Below are positions 1-8,364 of a stretch of DNA of 36,228 nucleotides, piece after piece; the stretch's first letter is position 1, and every line of letters begins with the position of its first letter. The translations under genes and the position numbers were made by a program. Under the pieces are notes generated by a model. It was not told where the DNA came from and did not search any database. It worked only from the letters and a program-made list of their open reading frames with translations. This DNA is from a virus (taxonomy: Duplodnaviria; Caudoviricetes). The stretch is from the IMG/VR virus record IMGVR_UViG_3300032212_000086, positions 1 through 36,228 of that record. One strand, 5' to 3'.

Positions 1-127
1 TGATTTGGGTGCGAAAGGTATGGAGAACGCAAAACGTATTGTTTCACAGATTAATCAACTTGGAACAGTTAAGCCTGGTCAGAAAATCACTGGTGTAAAG
101 TTAAAAGCACTTGAAAAACTGCGTACA
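1..127 (+). repeat. Terminal 127-bp direct repeat (copy 1), assembly circularisation overlap
   Basis: 1-127 is identical to 36102-36228 and lies mid-ORF; 127 is a common assembler k-mer size. Confidence 0.95.
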
Positions 128-970
128 CGCATTACATCTGCAGCGAATGATGCATATGCATCTGGCAGACAGTCAGAGGGTGCGTTATTGAGTAAGATAC
201 GCGCCACATATGATGGATACATGGAAGAGGCTATAGACACAGCTATCATTCGTGGTGATGACACGGCATTAAATGCATTTAAGAATGCGCGAGGACTACG
301 TAAAGAGTACGGCAAGCTGTACGAGAGTGATAAAGTTGTGAAGAAACTCCTAGATGGTGATTTTACTCCAGAAGAGGTAATGAAGCAGGTTATAGGTGCG
401 GGGCAACTGCAAGCAAAGAGCAACGCAGGGCGCACTGTGAAGATGTTGATTGATGGCGCGGGAGATAAAGCACCCCAAACACGACAACTCTTAAAAGAGA
501 GTGTAATGCATCGTGTCATTAAGAAGTCACTCGGCTCTGAGGTTGGGAAATCAGGAACGAATAAAATCTCATTTGATAAGCTAGTCACGAACCTTGATGG
601 ACTACTTAAAAGCAACAAGTCTCTAGCTAAAGAGGTCTTTGATGCGGATGAACTGAAATTACTTAATGAGGTTCTCGAAGATGCCCGACTTATAAAATCT
701 AAGAAGCCTGGGTCGGTGAATTATTCTAATTCAATGGAAAAACTCGGGGTGATTATAGATAAATTACCACTGGGAGTCGGCTCTACATTACGAAGAACAC
801 ACGCAGATAAGAAGGCCACAAAACAAGCTTTGAAACAGTTTAGTAAGATGTCGAATAAAGAGGCACAGAAAGAGTTTCATAGGCTTTATTATAGGCCACT
901 AGAAAATAAGATGACAGGGACTCCGTTCAAGTCTATTTCAGGCGGTTCATCAGCGGTCACAACAGACTAA
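1..970 (+). CDS. C-terminal part of large DNA ejection/internal virion protein (starts at 35056, 671 aa across the junction)
   Basis: The frame from ATG 35056 is open through the end overlap and continues in frame to TAA 970. Helical Lys/Ala-rich sequence; third ejection-gene position before the tail fibre. Confidence 0.75.
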   Translation, partial: DLGAKGMENAKRIVSQINQLGTVKPGQKITGVKLKALEKLRTRITSAANDAYASGRQSEGALLSKIRATYDGYMEEAIDTAIIRGDDTALNAFKNARGLRKEYGKLYESDKVVKKLLDGDFTPEEVMKQVIGAGQLQAKSNAGRTVKMLIDGAGDKAPQTRQLLKESVMHRVIKKSLGSEVGKSGTNKISFDKLVTNLDGLLKSNKSLAKEVFDADELKLLNEVLEDARLIKSKKPGSVNYSNSMEKLGVIIDKLPLGVGSTLRRTHADKKATKQALKQFSKMSNKEAQKEFHRLYYRPLENKMTGTPFKSISGGSSAVTTD

Positions 971-995
971 AACACATACAACATAGAGGATAATC

Positions 996-2351
996 ATGCC
1001 AGCAAAAATCACTTTGCTGCGTTTCCGCTTTTGGGATAACGCAGGCGATAAACTATCGGGTGGAAAAGTCTACTTTTACGAGACAGGCACTTCCACACCT
1101 AAAGACACATACTCTGATGCAGCGGGGGTAACTCCGAATGCGAACCCTGTAATTCTTGACGCTGATGGTTTTGCAGATATCCATTTGGACGGTGTGTATA
1201 AGGTTGTTATTACGGACAGTGATGACGTGACATTGCACACGATTGACCCTGTAAAGGAATTGTCTGATTTGCAAGCACCAGCAAGCACAACAGATAACGC
1301 TCTTGTACGTTGGGATGGGACAGATGGCGGTGCTGTTCAAGACAGTGGAACAACTCTGACAGATGCAGGCATTCTAACTCTGGTGAATAACCTCCGTATG
1401 CCGAATAATGTAGCAATTCAAGGCGAGATTGCTGCAGGTGGAAGTTACAATAGCTTGCTTTTACTTGATACGAACAACGATACAATTCTCCGAGCTGGTG
1501 CTGGTAATAAGGTAAAGTTAGAAGATTCCTCTGGGAATAGCCGTTTTGTCATTGACGACACTGCGGGGACAATCACATTCACAGGAACGGGCGTTATAAA
1601 CTCCCTACAGCTTCTTGATACGGGTGAGGTTATTTTCAAGGACGCATCTGATGTGCAGACATTGAAGATTCACACAGACGGCGGTGTGACAATCGGTGCA
1701 GCTCCTACAGGAGGAAGTCAAGGCGCAGGAACACTGAACGTAGACACAAACCTCTATGTCGATGGTGTGGCAGTAACGACAGGCGGTGGATCAGCAGGAT
1801 TAGCACCAGGCTCAGAGGTTATTGAAAGCCAAACAGTTTCAGGTGGTGAGAGTTACATCACATTCACAGATTTTGTCGATGACACCCTTTACACGCATTA
1901 CTCCTTTATCTTTGAGGACTGTTACCTTGGGACAGCAGGTAATGACATTCTAATGTGTGCCGTGGGAACGGGAGCAACTCCAACATGGGAAGAGGGAACA
2001 GCAGAATATAGCTCATATTATCCCACACTAGGTACGGCCTCTTTGAATCGTGTACCTCTAGCAGACGGCGGTGGAACATCATCAGCTCCTTATAGAGGAG
2101 AGCTTACATTGTGGGCTTCGGCTTCATTGCCACCTTCTTTCAGTATGCGCCTACACGGAGCATCATTGTGGTCATTGCAAAATGGTGCAGATGATGGCTC
2201 ACCAGGTCTTCACAATGCAATCGCAAACAGCGCAATGACAATGACGAGCATTCGCTTTATGTGGGACAACTCAGTCAACTACGGCACACTCGGTGGAACA
2301 TGGGGTGGCGGTAAAATCCACCTTATCGGACACCGTAGAGCTGCAACCTAA
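996..2351 (+). CDS. Tail fibre/tailspike with P22-like N-terminal virion-binding domain
   Basis: N-terminus FWDNAGDKLSGGKVYFYETGTSTPKDTY...NPVILDADG is typical of podophage fibre attachment domains; G/T/S-rich beta-type body; RBS GAGG. Confidence 0.85.
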   Translation: MPAKITLLRFRFWDNAGDKLSGGKVYFYETGTSTPKDTYSDAAGVTPNANPVILDADGFADIHLDGVYKVVITDSDDVTLHTIDPVKELSDLQAPASTTDNALVRWDGTDGGAVQDSGTTLTDAGILTLVNNLRMPNNVAIQGEIAAGGSYNSLLLLDTNNDTILRAGAGNKVKLEDSSGNSRFVIDDTAGTITFTGTGVINSLQLLDTGEVIFKDASDVQTLKIHTDGGVTIGAAPTGGSQGAGTLNVDTNLYVDGVAVTTGGGSAGLAPGSEVIESQTVSGGESYITFTDFVDDTLYTHYSFIFEDCYLGTAGNDILMCAVGTGATPTWEEGTAEYSSYYPTLGTASLNRVPLADGGGTSSAPYRGELTLWASASLPPSFSMRLHGASLWSLQNGADDGSPGLHNAIANSAMTMTSIRFMWDNSVNYGTLGGTWGGGKIHLIGHRRAAT

Positions 2352-2370
2352 ACCTAGAAAGGAAAGAACC

Positions 2371-2511
2371 ATGATCGTATTTGGATTTGTATTAATTATG
2401 CTCGGAGCGCAAGCGAACGAGTGTCATAAAGACGGATTGGACGACAAAGCATGTGCGTCAAAAGTATGGGCAGAGCGTGTAGCTCCAAAAAGCTCAGACT
2501 TTAACCAATAA
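2371..2511 (+). CDS. Small exported/membrane protein (46 aa)
   Basis: RBS AGAAAGGA before ATG 2371; hydrophobic N-terminus MIVFGFVLIMLGAQA and two Cys. Confidence 0.6.
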   Translation: MIVFGFVLIMLGAQANECHKDGLDDKACASKVWAERVAPKSSDFNQ

Positions 2512-2520
2512 GGACAGCTT

Positions 2521-2724
2521 ATGTCAGATTTCACAGACGAAGACAGAACCAAACTGATAGAAACCCACACGATGCTCTCCGTGATTGTCGAAAAAGTCGA
2601 TGACCACGAGAAACGATTGCGAACAGGTGAGAGGGTGCGTAATCAAGCCGTCGGGTGGGCTATCGGTTCTGGTGCAGGGATAGCGGCGTTAATAGAGGGA
2701 GTGAAAGCGAAGTTCGGAGGTTAA
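2521..2724 (+). CDS. Small coiled-coil protein with C-terminal TM helix (lysis-cassette membrane protein)
   Basis: RBS AAGGA; VDDHEKRLR coiled segment followed by hydrophobic AVGWAIGSGAGIAALI. Confidence 0.65.
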   Translation: MSDFTDEDRTKLIETHTMLSVIVEKVDDHEKRLRTGERVRNQAVGWAIGSGAGIAALIEGVKAKFGG

Positions 2725-2742
2725 CAACAAAGGGGAGATACT

Positions 2743-3048
2743 TTGATTTATAAAACCATCCTAGCCAGCCTTGTGCTGGTTTTTTTATGTGCTGTTCCTG
2801 CCTATGGGAGCCGTTCTTGTTACACATTAGAGCAACAAAAACACTATCTGAAAGGGTGGGGTTATGTACTCCATAAGACAATAGAGAAAGACGGCATTGT
2901 TACGTCAGTTCTCAAGCAAATTCCTTTCAAGCGATTTCGGATTATCTATTCCGATAAGAGAGGGTGCTATCTCAGTCAAGAGGATGGCAGCTACATCGTT
3001 TTAAAATCAGGAGGGAATAAGCATGAAAATATTACTCTGGGATATTGA
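2743..3048 (+). CDS. Hypothetical protein with signal peptide
   Basis: TTG start after GGGAG; N-terminal hydrophobic stretch ending AVPAYG. Confidence 0.6.
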   Translation: MIYKTILASLVLVFLCAVPAYGSRSCYTLEQQKHYLKGWGYVLHKTIEKDGIVTSVLKQIPFKRFRIIYSDKRGCYLSQEDGSYIVLKSGGNKHENITLGY

Positions 3049-3775
3049 AACCTCTTTAATGATTGCCGCTGTGTTTGGCAGGTTTAAGCAAGACATTCAG
3101 TACGACAACATCCTGCAAGATTGGTACATCCACTCTATTGCATGGAAATGGCTTGGACAGAAGCGAGTTTATGCTGTGTCTGGGTTAGATGACAAGAAGC
3201 GTTTCAAGAAAGACCACACAGACGATTATCACGTGGTCAAGACGGTCGCGGATGTTATCAACCAGGCAGACGTTATTGTCGGACATAACGGTGACGCTTT
3301 CGACATTAAGAAGTTTAAAGCCCGTTGTATTGCTCTGGGCTTGCCACCTATTAAAGAACCTCTATTCGTGGATACATTGAAAGCAGCACGTCAGGCCAAG
3401 TTCACCTCTAATAAACTGGACGACCTCGGCTCTATCTTGGGTATAGGTAATAAAATAGACAATCCGCGCGGTTTATGGCTCAAGGCACTACATGGTGACG
3501 AGAAAGCCATAAAACAAATGGTGAAATATAACAAGCAGGATGTTCTTTTACTTGAGCAGCTTTATTTAAAACTCCGTCCATATATGAAATCTCACCCTAA
3601 CCAGAACTTATTTAGTGCCGGTCGGGATGTTTGTTCTAAGTGTGGATCTGACGACATTCAGTACAGGGGTTATCTCTTAACAAAAACAGCAAAGAAAAGG
3701 CGATATCAATGCAATTCCTGCGGAGGTTATTCAGCAAGTGGAAAGAACGAAATAAAAGGAGTGAACCTACGATGA
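3023..3775 (+). CDS. RNase H-superfamily (DnaQ/PolB-exo-like) 3'-5' exonuclease with C-terminal Zn ribbon
   Basis: ExoI WDIET, ExoII GHNGDAFD, ExoIII YNKQDV motifs; CSKC...CNSC; RBS GGAGG. Confidence 0.85.
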   Translation: MKILLWDIETSLMIAAVFGRFKQDIQYDNILQDWYIHSIAWKWLGQKRVYAVSGLDDKKRFKKDHTDDYHVVKTVADVINQADVIVGHNGDAFDIKKFKARCIALGLPPIKEPLFVDTLKAARQAKFTSNKLDDLGSILGIGNKIDNPRGLWLKALHGDEKAIKQMVKYNKQDVLLLEQLYLKLRPYMKSHPNQNLFSAGRDVCSKCGSDDIQYRGYLLTKTAKKRRYQCNSCGGYSASGKNEIKGVNLR

Positions 3776-3784
3776 GGAATATTT

Positions 3785-4294
3785 TTGCCTTATAAAGACC
3801 CGCACTCACCAGAAGCCATAGCCTCGAGTAGAAAAGCATCGAGAAAATACTATAAGAAAAACAGAGAGAAAGAGATTGCACGTTGTGCTGCATATAACAA
3901 AGCAAATCAAGACAGGGTAAATAGGAATGCAGTTCTACGCAGGTCTGAGAAAATGCCTCCAGAAAAGGTTTTATATCACAACGCGAAAAGCAGGTCTAAG
4001 GCACGAGGGGTGGAATTTAATATAGAAGTTGAAGATATTTTCATGCCGGACAAGTGCCCAATACTTGGGATTCCACTAACGATTGGAAAGGGAACAGCAC
4101 ATGAGGGTTCGCCGTCTTTGGACAGGATTGATCCGACTAGAGGATACATTAAAGGGAATATTCACGTTATCTCCCACAAAGCAAACACAATCAAGTCAAA
4201 TGCCACAGTTGAAGAAATTAAAGCCGTCTATCAATACATCGAAAGGATTACCAATGAAAAAACGGAGACAACCCCGCGGAATACGGTCAAATAA
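3785..4294 (+). CDS. HNH-type (His-Me finger) endonuclease, homing-endonuclease-like
   Basis: CPILGIPL...SPSLDRIDPTRGYIKGNIHVISHKANTIK motif; basic N-terminus. Confidence 0.8.
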   Translation: MPYKDPHSPEAIASSRKASRKYYKKNREKEIARCAAYNKANQDRVNRNAVLRRSEKMPPEKVLYHNAKSRSKARGVEFNIEVEDIFMPDKCPILGIPLTIGKGTAHEGSPSLDRIDPTRGYIKGNIHVISHKANTIKSNATVEEIKAVYQYIERITNEKTETTPRNTVK

Positions 4295-4718
4295 TCCAGG
4301 TAATATCGAACGCAACCACATCAAATGGCAAGGCATGTCCAAAGACCAAAGCGCAGACGAGCGTTTCTGTGTGTTTGACGAGCCTGTTTACGGCATTCGC
4401 GCCCTTATGAAGATTTTACTTACATATTTCAGAAAGTACGACCTTAACACAGCGGAGAGCATTATAAACAGATGGGCGCCACCACACGAGAACGACACAA
4501 AGGCATACGCAAAGGCAGTAGCAAAAAGGGTTGGAGCAAGCACCATTTCAACACCTATACGCGTAGACAGACCAAAAACCTTGGTAAGACTGGCAATTGC
4601 AATCGTCATGCACGAGAACGGACACCCCAAGAACTTTGATTTGGATATCCAGCCTCCAGAAGGTTACTGGTATCCGATGGATATGTACCACGAAGCAGCA
4701 AAACTGGCTTTAAAATAG
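4254..4718 (+). CDS. Putative endolysin / peptidoglycan hydrolase (NNPGN-type, 'structural protein P5'-like)
   Basis: RGIRSNNPGNI...FCVF...GIRA...IINRWAPPHEN...AIVMHENG. Start re-assigned to ATG 4254 (RBS GAAAGGA). Lies directly upstream of holin-like and spanin genes. Confidence 0.7.
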   Translation: MKKRRQPRGIRSNNPGNIERNHIKWQGMSKDQSADERFCVFDEPVYGIRALMKILLTYFRKYDLNTAESIINRWAPPHENDTKAYAKAVAKRVGASTISTPIRVDRPKTLVRLAIAIVMHENGHPKNFDLDIQPPEGYWYPMDMYHEAAKLALK

Positions 4719-4730
4719 AAAGGAAATACA

Positions 4731-4898
4731 ATGAAAGACGCAATTTTAAAAGCATTAAAGCAAAAGAAAACATACGCACTCATTCTGGCGGCTCTAGGAC
4801 TCGTAGGAGTGGTTGTAAACCCTGACATGGCTCAAGAGGCCATCGAAGTGTTAAACGCGCTTACAGAGGCTCTGACAGACTCTCAAGCAGGTGAGTAA
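4731..4898 (+). CDS. Holin-like small membrane protein (55 aa; not in ORF track)
   Basis: MKDAILKALKQKKTYALILAALGLVGVVVNPD...; RBS AGAAAGGA; TAATG-coupled to the next gene. Confidence 0.65.
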   Translation: MKDAILKALKQKKTYALILAALGLVGVVVNPDMAQEAIEVLNALTEALTDSQAGE

Positions 4899-5107
4899 TG
4901 ACAACTTATCTTGTAATTCTAGCGGTCGTGTCTGTAATGGGCGCGACCCTTTACTTTTCTATCCGTCGTGATGGGAAGAATGCTGAGAAGTTGAAGCGTA
5001 CAGAAGGGAGCCTAAAGAATGTTAAAAAAGCAAATAAAGCTCGTAAGCGTTTGCGTGATGATGAGTCTTATCGTAAGCGGTTGCGTGACAAATTCACCCG
5101 CAAGTGA
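4898..5107 (+). CDS. Rz: Inner-membrane spanin (Rz-like)
   Basis: N-terminal TM helix, then basic coiled coil; overlaps a lipoprotein ORF in another frame. Confidence 0.75.
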   Translation: MTTYLVILAVVSVMGATLYFSIRRDGKNAEKLKRTEGSLKNVKKANKARKRLRDDESYRKRLRDKFTRK

Positions 5108-5213
5108 CTTCTGTGCGGTTTATATTCCAGTTTATACTCATCCTGATGATACTGAGGATACGAAAAGGCAGACAGATGACAACAACGCCGTATACGAAGC
5201 GTTAGGGTGTTGA
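5019..5213 (+). CDS. Rz1: Outer-membrane lipoprotein spanin (Rz1-like)
   Basis: Lipobox IVSG-C, further Cys residues; overlapped with the i-spanin 3' end. Exact start uncertain. Confidence 0.75.
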   Translation: MLKKQIKLVSVCVMMSLIVSGCVTNSPASDFCAVYIPVYTHPDDTEDTKRQTDDNNAVYEALGC

Positions 5214-5248
5214 GAGGAATATCTCACAATGAGATAATTTCATTAACT

Positions 5249-5495
5249 GTGTGGAATATACGTGAACTCGAAATTACGATACAAATTAATCAATAAAAAC
5301 AGTATATTATAATATAGGTATTAACCTTGGTAAGGGTGAGGCCGAGAGTTCAATTCTCTCCAGCAGCACCATATATTTCAAGGGTTTACACGGTTTTTCC
5401 AATATATAAAAGTAACAAAAAGGTTACATAAGGGTACGCTAGAGGGCGCAAGGTTCCGTTTCAGAATCAAAAAGGGTGTGGACTATGCGTGGACT
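5249..5495. promoter_or_regulatory. attP with putative integrase arm-type sites
   Basis: GTGTGGAATATACGTGAACT (5249-5268) and GTGTGGACTATGCGTGGACT (5476-5495) match at 17/20; each is a tandem of ~11-nt units, on either side of the core. Confidence 0.65.
5325..5371 (+). other. attP core: 3' half of tRNA-Thr(GGT) from anticodon arm to CCA
   Basis: CCTTGGTAAGGGTGAGGCCGAGAGTTCAATTCTCTCCAGCAGCACCA contains the GGT anticodon loop, T-arm GAGAG-TTCAATT-CTCTC and CCA. No 5' half upstream; about 110 bp from the int stop. Confidence 0.9.
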
Positions 5496-6538
5496 TCATT
5501 ACGGAAATCAGGAAGCACGGATACAGCGTCTACAAGGTCTCCAAGAGCAACGTCAGTATAGATTGCGTTCGTGCTGTCCGAAGTATGCCCCATAATGGCA
5601 AGGCGATGCTCTGCCGGCACGTCATATCTGATGCACCAATTGTTGAAAGTGTGGCGTGTGGAATAAGGCTCAAATTCATATAGACCTGTCTTACGTCGTG
5701 TTGTAGACCATGTCTTTTTAAAGTATCCACCACCAATCAATGCGCCTCGTTCATTTCGGCGCACTTTATACGGCTCATCTCTTTGAGTACGGAATACACG
5801 TCCATCCTTGCGACGTATTGCAGACAACTCCTCAATTATCACAGGGTGCAATGGTACACCTCTGACACTGTCTGTCTTTGTGGCGGTAATCTCTGCCCAC
5901 TTATCCCCCAGATACACATCATCCCATGTAAGCTCTATTGCTTCGGTAATACGAACACCTGACAAGCACAAGAACGAGAAGAGGGGTTTCATATGTGGCG
6001 GTAATGCCCAGTAGAATGTTCTGGCCTGTTCAGGACGAAACCAAGAGCGTTTTTTTACATGGCTGCGCTTTACCTTTGGGCGTTTCCATTTTCGGACGGG
6101 TAGGCCGTGTTTGATAACGGCATGGTTATAAACAGCGATAAACGGTGTATATACTTGTCTGTTGAGTGTTTGGGGTTTTACATCTGGATAGAGTTTCCTT
6201 GCGCCCCTGTCGAGCCTGTCCTGTGTTATATCAACCAGCTTGTCTCTTTGGAATATCCCCATCAAGCCCGACCATTTGCCGGATATTTCATCATAACGCC
6301 CAAGGTATTCGGTAGCACCACCATCCTCTATATAGTCATACACTCCATCTTCGAAAGTAAGAATAGAAGCTTTACCAAAAATAGACTCCTGGTAAATCTC
6401 TGACGTGATCCGTTCTAGTTCTTGCTCCGCGAGCTTCCTGATAGCCGTTTCTGTAGTCTTGAAGACTTTGATTCCCTTGTAAGTGCCACGGACGTACCAG
6501 TTCTCTGATTTTTGGGTTTTGATGAGCTTGAGCGACAT
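5483..6538 (-). CDS. int: Tyrosine recombinase phage integrase
   Basis: SGVRITEAIELTW (catalytic R), K in TKT, YSTRHT (HxxR variant), IMGH and Y in NAIY; adjacent to attP. Confidence 0.92.
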   Translation of the reverse strand: MSLKLIKTQKSENWYVRGTYKGIKVFKTTETAIRKLAEQELERITSEIYQESIFGKASILTFEDGVYDYIEDGGATEYLGRYDEISGKWSGLMGIFQRDKLVDITQDRLDRGARKLYPDVKPQTLNRQVYTPFIAVYNHAVIKHGLPVRKWKRPKVKRSHVKKRSWFRPEQARTFYWALPPHMKPLFSFLCLSGVRITEAIELTWDDVYLGDKWAEITATKTDSVRGVPLHPVIIEELSAIRRKDGRVFRTQRDEPYKVRRNERGALIGGGYFKKTWSTTRRKTGLYEFEPYSTRHTFNNWCIRYDVPAEHRLAIMGHTSDSTNAIYTDVALGDLVDAVSVLPDFRNEVHA

Positions 6539-6738
6539 TCCATCTTCTCCAATAGTGTGTTTATGTGTTCCTCAGTCATATATAACGTGCGTCCTCTTGG
6601 TAGAAAAGGGGCGTCGTGTTCTTCTATGAGCCTTTTAACAACTTTCTTCTTTTGTTTCTCAGACTCGCTGCGTGTGACTTGAAGCCCTTTTGAGTTCAGG
6701 TAATCTGCGACCTGTGCTAAATCCATGTATTCGTTCAT
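6415..6738 (-). CDS. xis: Excisionase-like wHTH protein overlapping int 5' end
   Basis: MDLAQVADYL...PRGRTLYMTEEHI HTH-like; C-terminal tail overprints int by 124 nt. Confidence 0.65.
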   Translation of the reverse strand: MNEYMDLAQVADYLNSKGLQVTRSESEKQKKKVVKRLIEEHDAPFLPRGRTLYMTEEHINTLLEKMECRSSSSKPKNQRTGTSVALTRESKSSRLQKRLSGSSRSKN

Positions 6739-6739
6739 T

Positions 6740-6886
6740 TCAAAATCTCCCCGTCTTTATATCTTCCCGTCTAACAGTTATAGGCAATCCATTTGCGCGA
6801 CATATCTTGAGATAAAGTTCCTGCGGTATATTGGAAAACTCAAGAACGTATTCGTCATATCCTGTGGGTAGTTCAAACTCAATCAT
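6740..6886 (-). CDS. Hypothetical protein (48 aa; not in ORF track)
   Basis: MIEFELPTGYDEYVLEFSNIPQELYLKICRANGLPITVRREDIKTGRF; RBS GGAG; ATGA-coupled to upstream gene. Confidence 0.6.
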   Translation of the reverse strand: MIEFELPTGYDEYVLEFSNIPQELYLKICRANGLPITVRREDIKTGRF

Positions 6887-7188
6887 TTCAAAATCTCCTC
6901 TGCTTTTTCCAGTGCTTTAGTTATGTCGATAAATGCATTAGTGTCTGGATCACTGCAGAACTGCTCAGCCTCTAATGCTGTGCGCAAAACCTCTATGGCT
7001 TCGGCTTGTTTTTCATACATCTGTGTAAAGCTTCCTTCATAAAATACGCAGTTTTTATGATGCCTCCTCTCACCACCTGTAAAAACTTTACATCCAGGCT
7101 GGCACTGCATATCATGAACTCCCAATTCAACGGATTCATCATGTATTTCTTCCAACCGTTCCAGCCTGTCTTTAATTTCTTGTGTCAT
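6883..7188 (-). CDS. Hypothetical protein with Cys/His cluster
   Basis: RBS GGAG; CQPGC...HHKNC; in the coupled leftward operon. Confidence 0.65.
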   Translation of the reverse strand: MTQEIKDRLERLEEIHDESVELGVHDMQCQPGCKVFTGGERRHHKNCVFYEGSFTQMYEKQAEAIEVLRTALEAEQFCSDPDTNAFIDITKALEKAEEILK

Positions 7189-7199
7189 TTTTAATCTCC

Positions 7200-7601
7200 C
7201 TACTCACTAGAAAAACTGGTATATTTAAACGGATAGTTACAGTTACCAACCAATTCACCAGCAAACTTTTCAAAATCTTCGCTTGATAAGATGGCATCGA
7301 CCTCTTCCATGATTTTAGGCTTCTTGTGTGGATAATACGTACCACTTTCAATTTCCCTTATTGTTTCAGTTGTGCCTAACCTGTCTATCTCTCTGTCCAG
7401 AAAAATATATCGCGCTTCTTCTCGTTTTTTAGATGTTTTGTAAAAAAATGTGAGGATGATTGACGCACCCCTACAATCAGCACTCCATCTGGCTCTCATA
7501 TCAACGCCTTGCAAGTGTTGAAAATAACCCTCAAAACGTCTTAACGCTAATTCTATAGCAAGGTTTTTTGCTTGATAATATAATCTGTTTTCATCCATCA
7601 C
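7200..7601 (-). CDS. Hypothetical protein
   Basis: Coupled to upstream stop; RBS GGAG. Confidence 0.6.
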   Translation of the reverse strand: MMDENRLYYQAKNLAIELALRRFEGYFQHLQGVDMRARWSADCRGASIILTFFYKTSKKREEARYIFLDREIDRLGTTETIREIESGTYYPHKKPKIMEEVDAILSSEDFEKFAGELVGNCNYPFKYTSFSSE

Positions 7602-7780
7602 TCTGTCTCCTCATAAATATTTGCTGTAGACCATAAGTAATCCTCCCAATCAGAATACCCGACTGTTGGCGCTTCCCTGCATTTTTTAGTTTTTTCCAAG
7701 GCTTCTTTCTTGCTGTTTGCCATGGTTTTAAATTGAACAGAAGATTTATAAGTAACTTCAACTATGTATTCTTTCATCAC
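7598..7780 (-). CDS. Hypothetical protein
   Basis: Coupled start/stop overlaps on both sides. Confidence 0.6.
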   Translation of the reverse strand: MMKEYIVEVTYKSSVQFKTMANSKKEALEKTKKCREAPTVGYSDWEDYLWSTANIYEETE

Positions 7781-8364
7781 GCACCCCCTTCCGTTGGTGG
7801 TTTATCTAGTGGTTTCCAGTGGGTGGGTTCAAAGTCTCGTAATTCTTTATCCCAATTATCATAACAGTCACACCAATTGTTCTTTTTAAGATTATATCTT
7901 GCATACATAGCCCTGCGATGAATGTTCCATTTTCTATCTTTATGAACGCACCAAAGGGAAATAATAGTTCCATCCTTCGGCGCCGTAGATATATCCTGCC
8001 ACTCTTGCGCTTTGGGTGCGGATAGGGCATGCCTTAAATTATCTAGGTGAATATACATACCCTTAATTTTGTTGTTTTTCTCTTCATAATCAAGGTATTC
8101 ACGCTCTATAAAGTCCAGTGATTTTCTGAGATTTTCAGGGGTGTTTTTATCAGTATCGGATGTAGCACATAAACCAGTTTTATGTGTTGAACACGATAGG
8201 GCTTTGCGGATTGTTTCAACACATCTAACAGGTATTTGTGCAGGTGGTAGGTGGTAAAAGTCTCCACCTTGCATCCAGTCCTTGCCATTACATACCTCAA
8301 AGTGAGATAACATCATCTTGAAATACTTACGCGCCTGTTCAATTTGTTCTTTGGTTAGTTTCAT
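7777..8364 (-). CDS. Modular early protein with C-terminal DUF551-like domain
   Basis: WQDISTAPKDGT...PTHWKPLDKPP signature. Confidence 0.75.
   Translation of the reverse strand: MKLTKEQIEQARKYFKMMLSHFEVCNGKDWMQGGDFYHLPPAQIPVRCVETIRKALSCSTHKTGLCATSDTDKNTPENLRKSLDFIEREYLDYEEKNNKIKGMYIHLDNLRHALSAPKAQEWQDISTAPKDGTIISLWCVHKDRKWNIHRRAMYARYNLKKNNWCDCYDNWDKELRDFEPTHWKPLDKPPTEGGA

Noticed and set aside
5325-5371. Functional tRNA-Thr gene
   Set aside because: Only the 3' half is present; upstream is AT-rich with no acceptor 5' strand or D-arm. Treated as the attP core.
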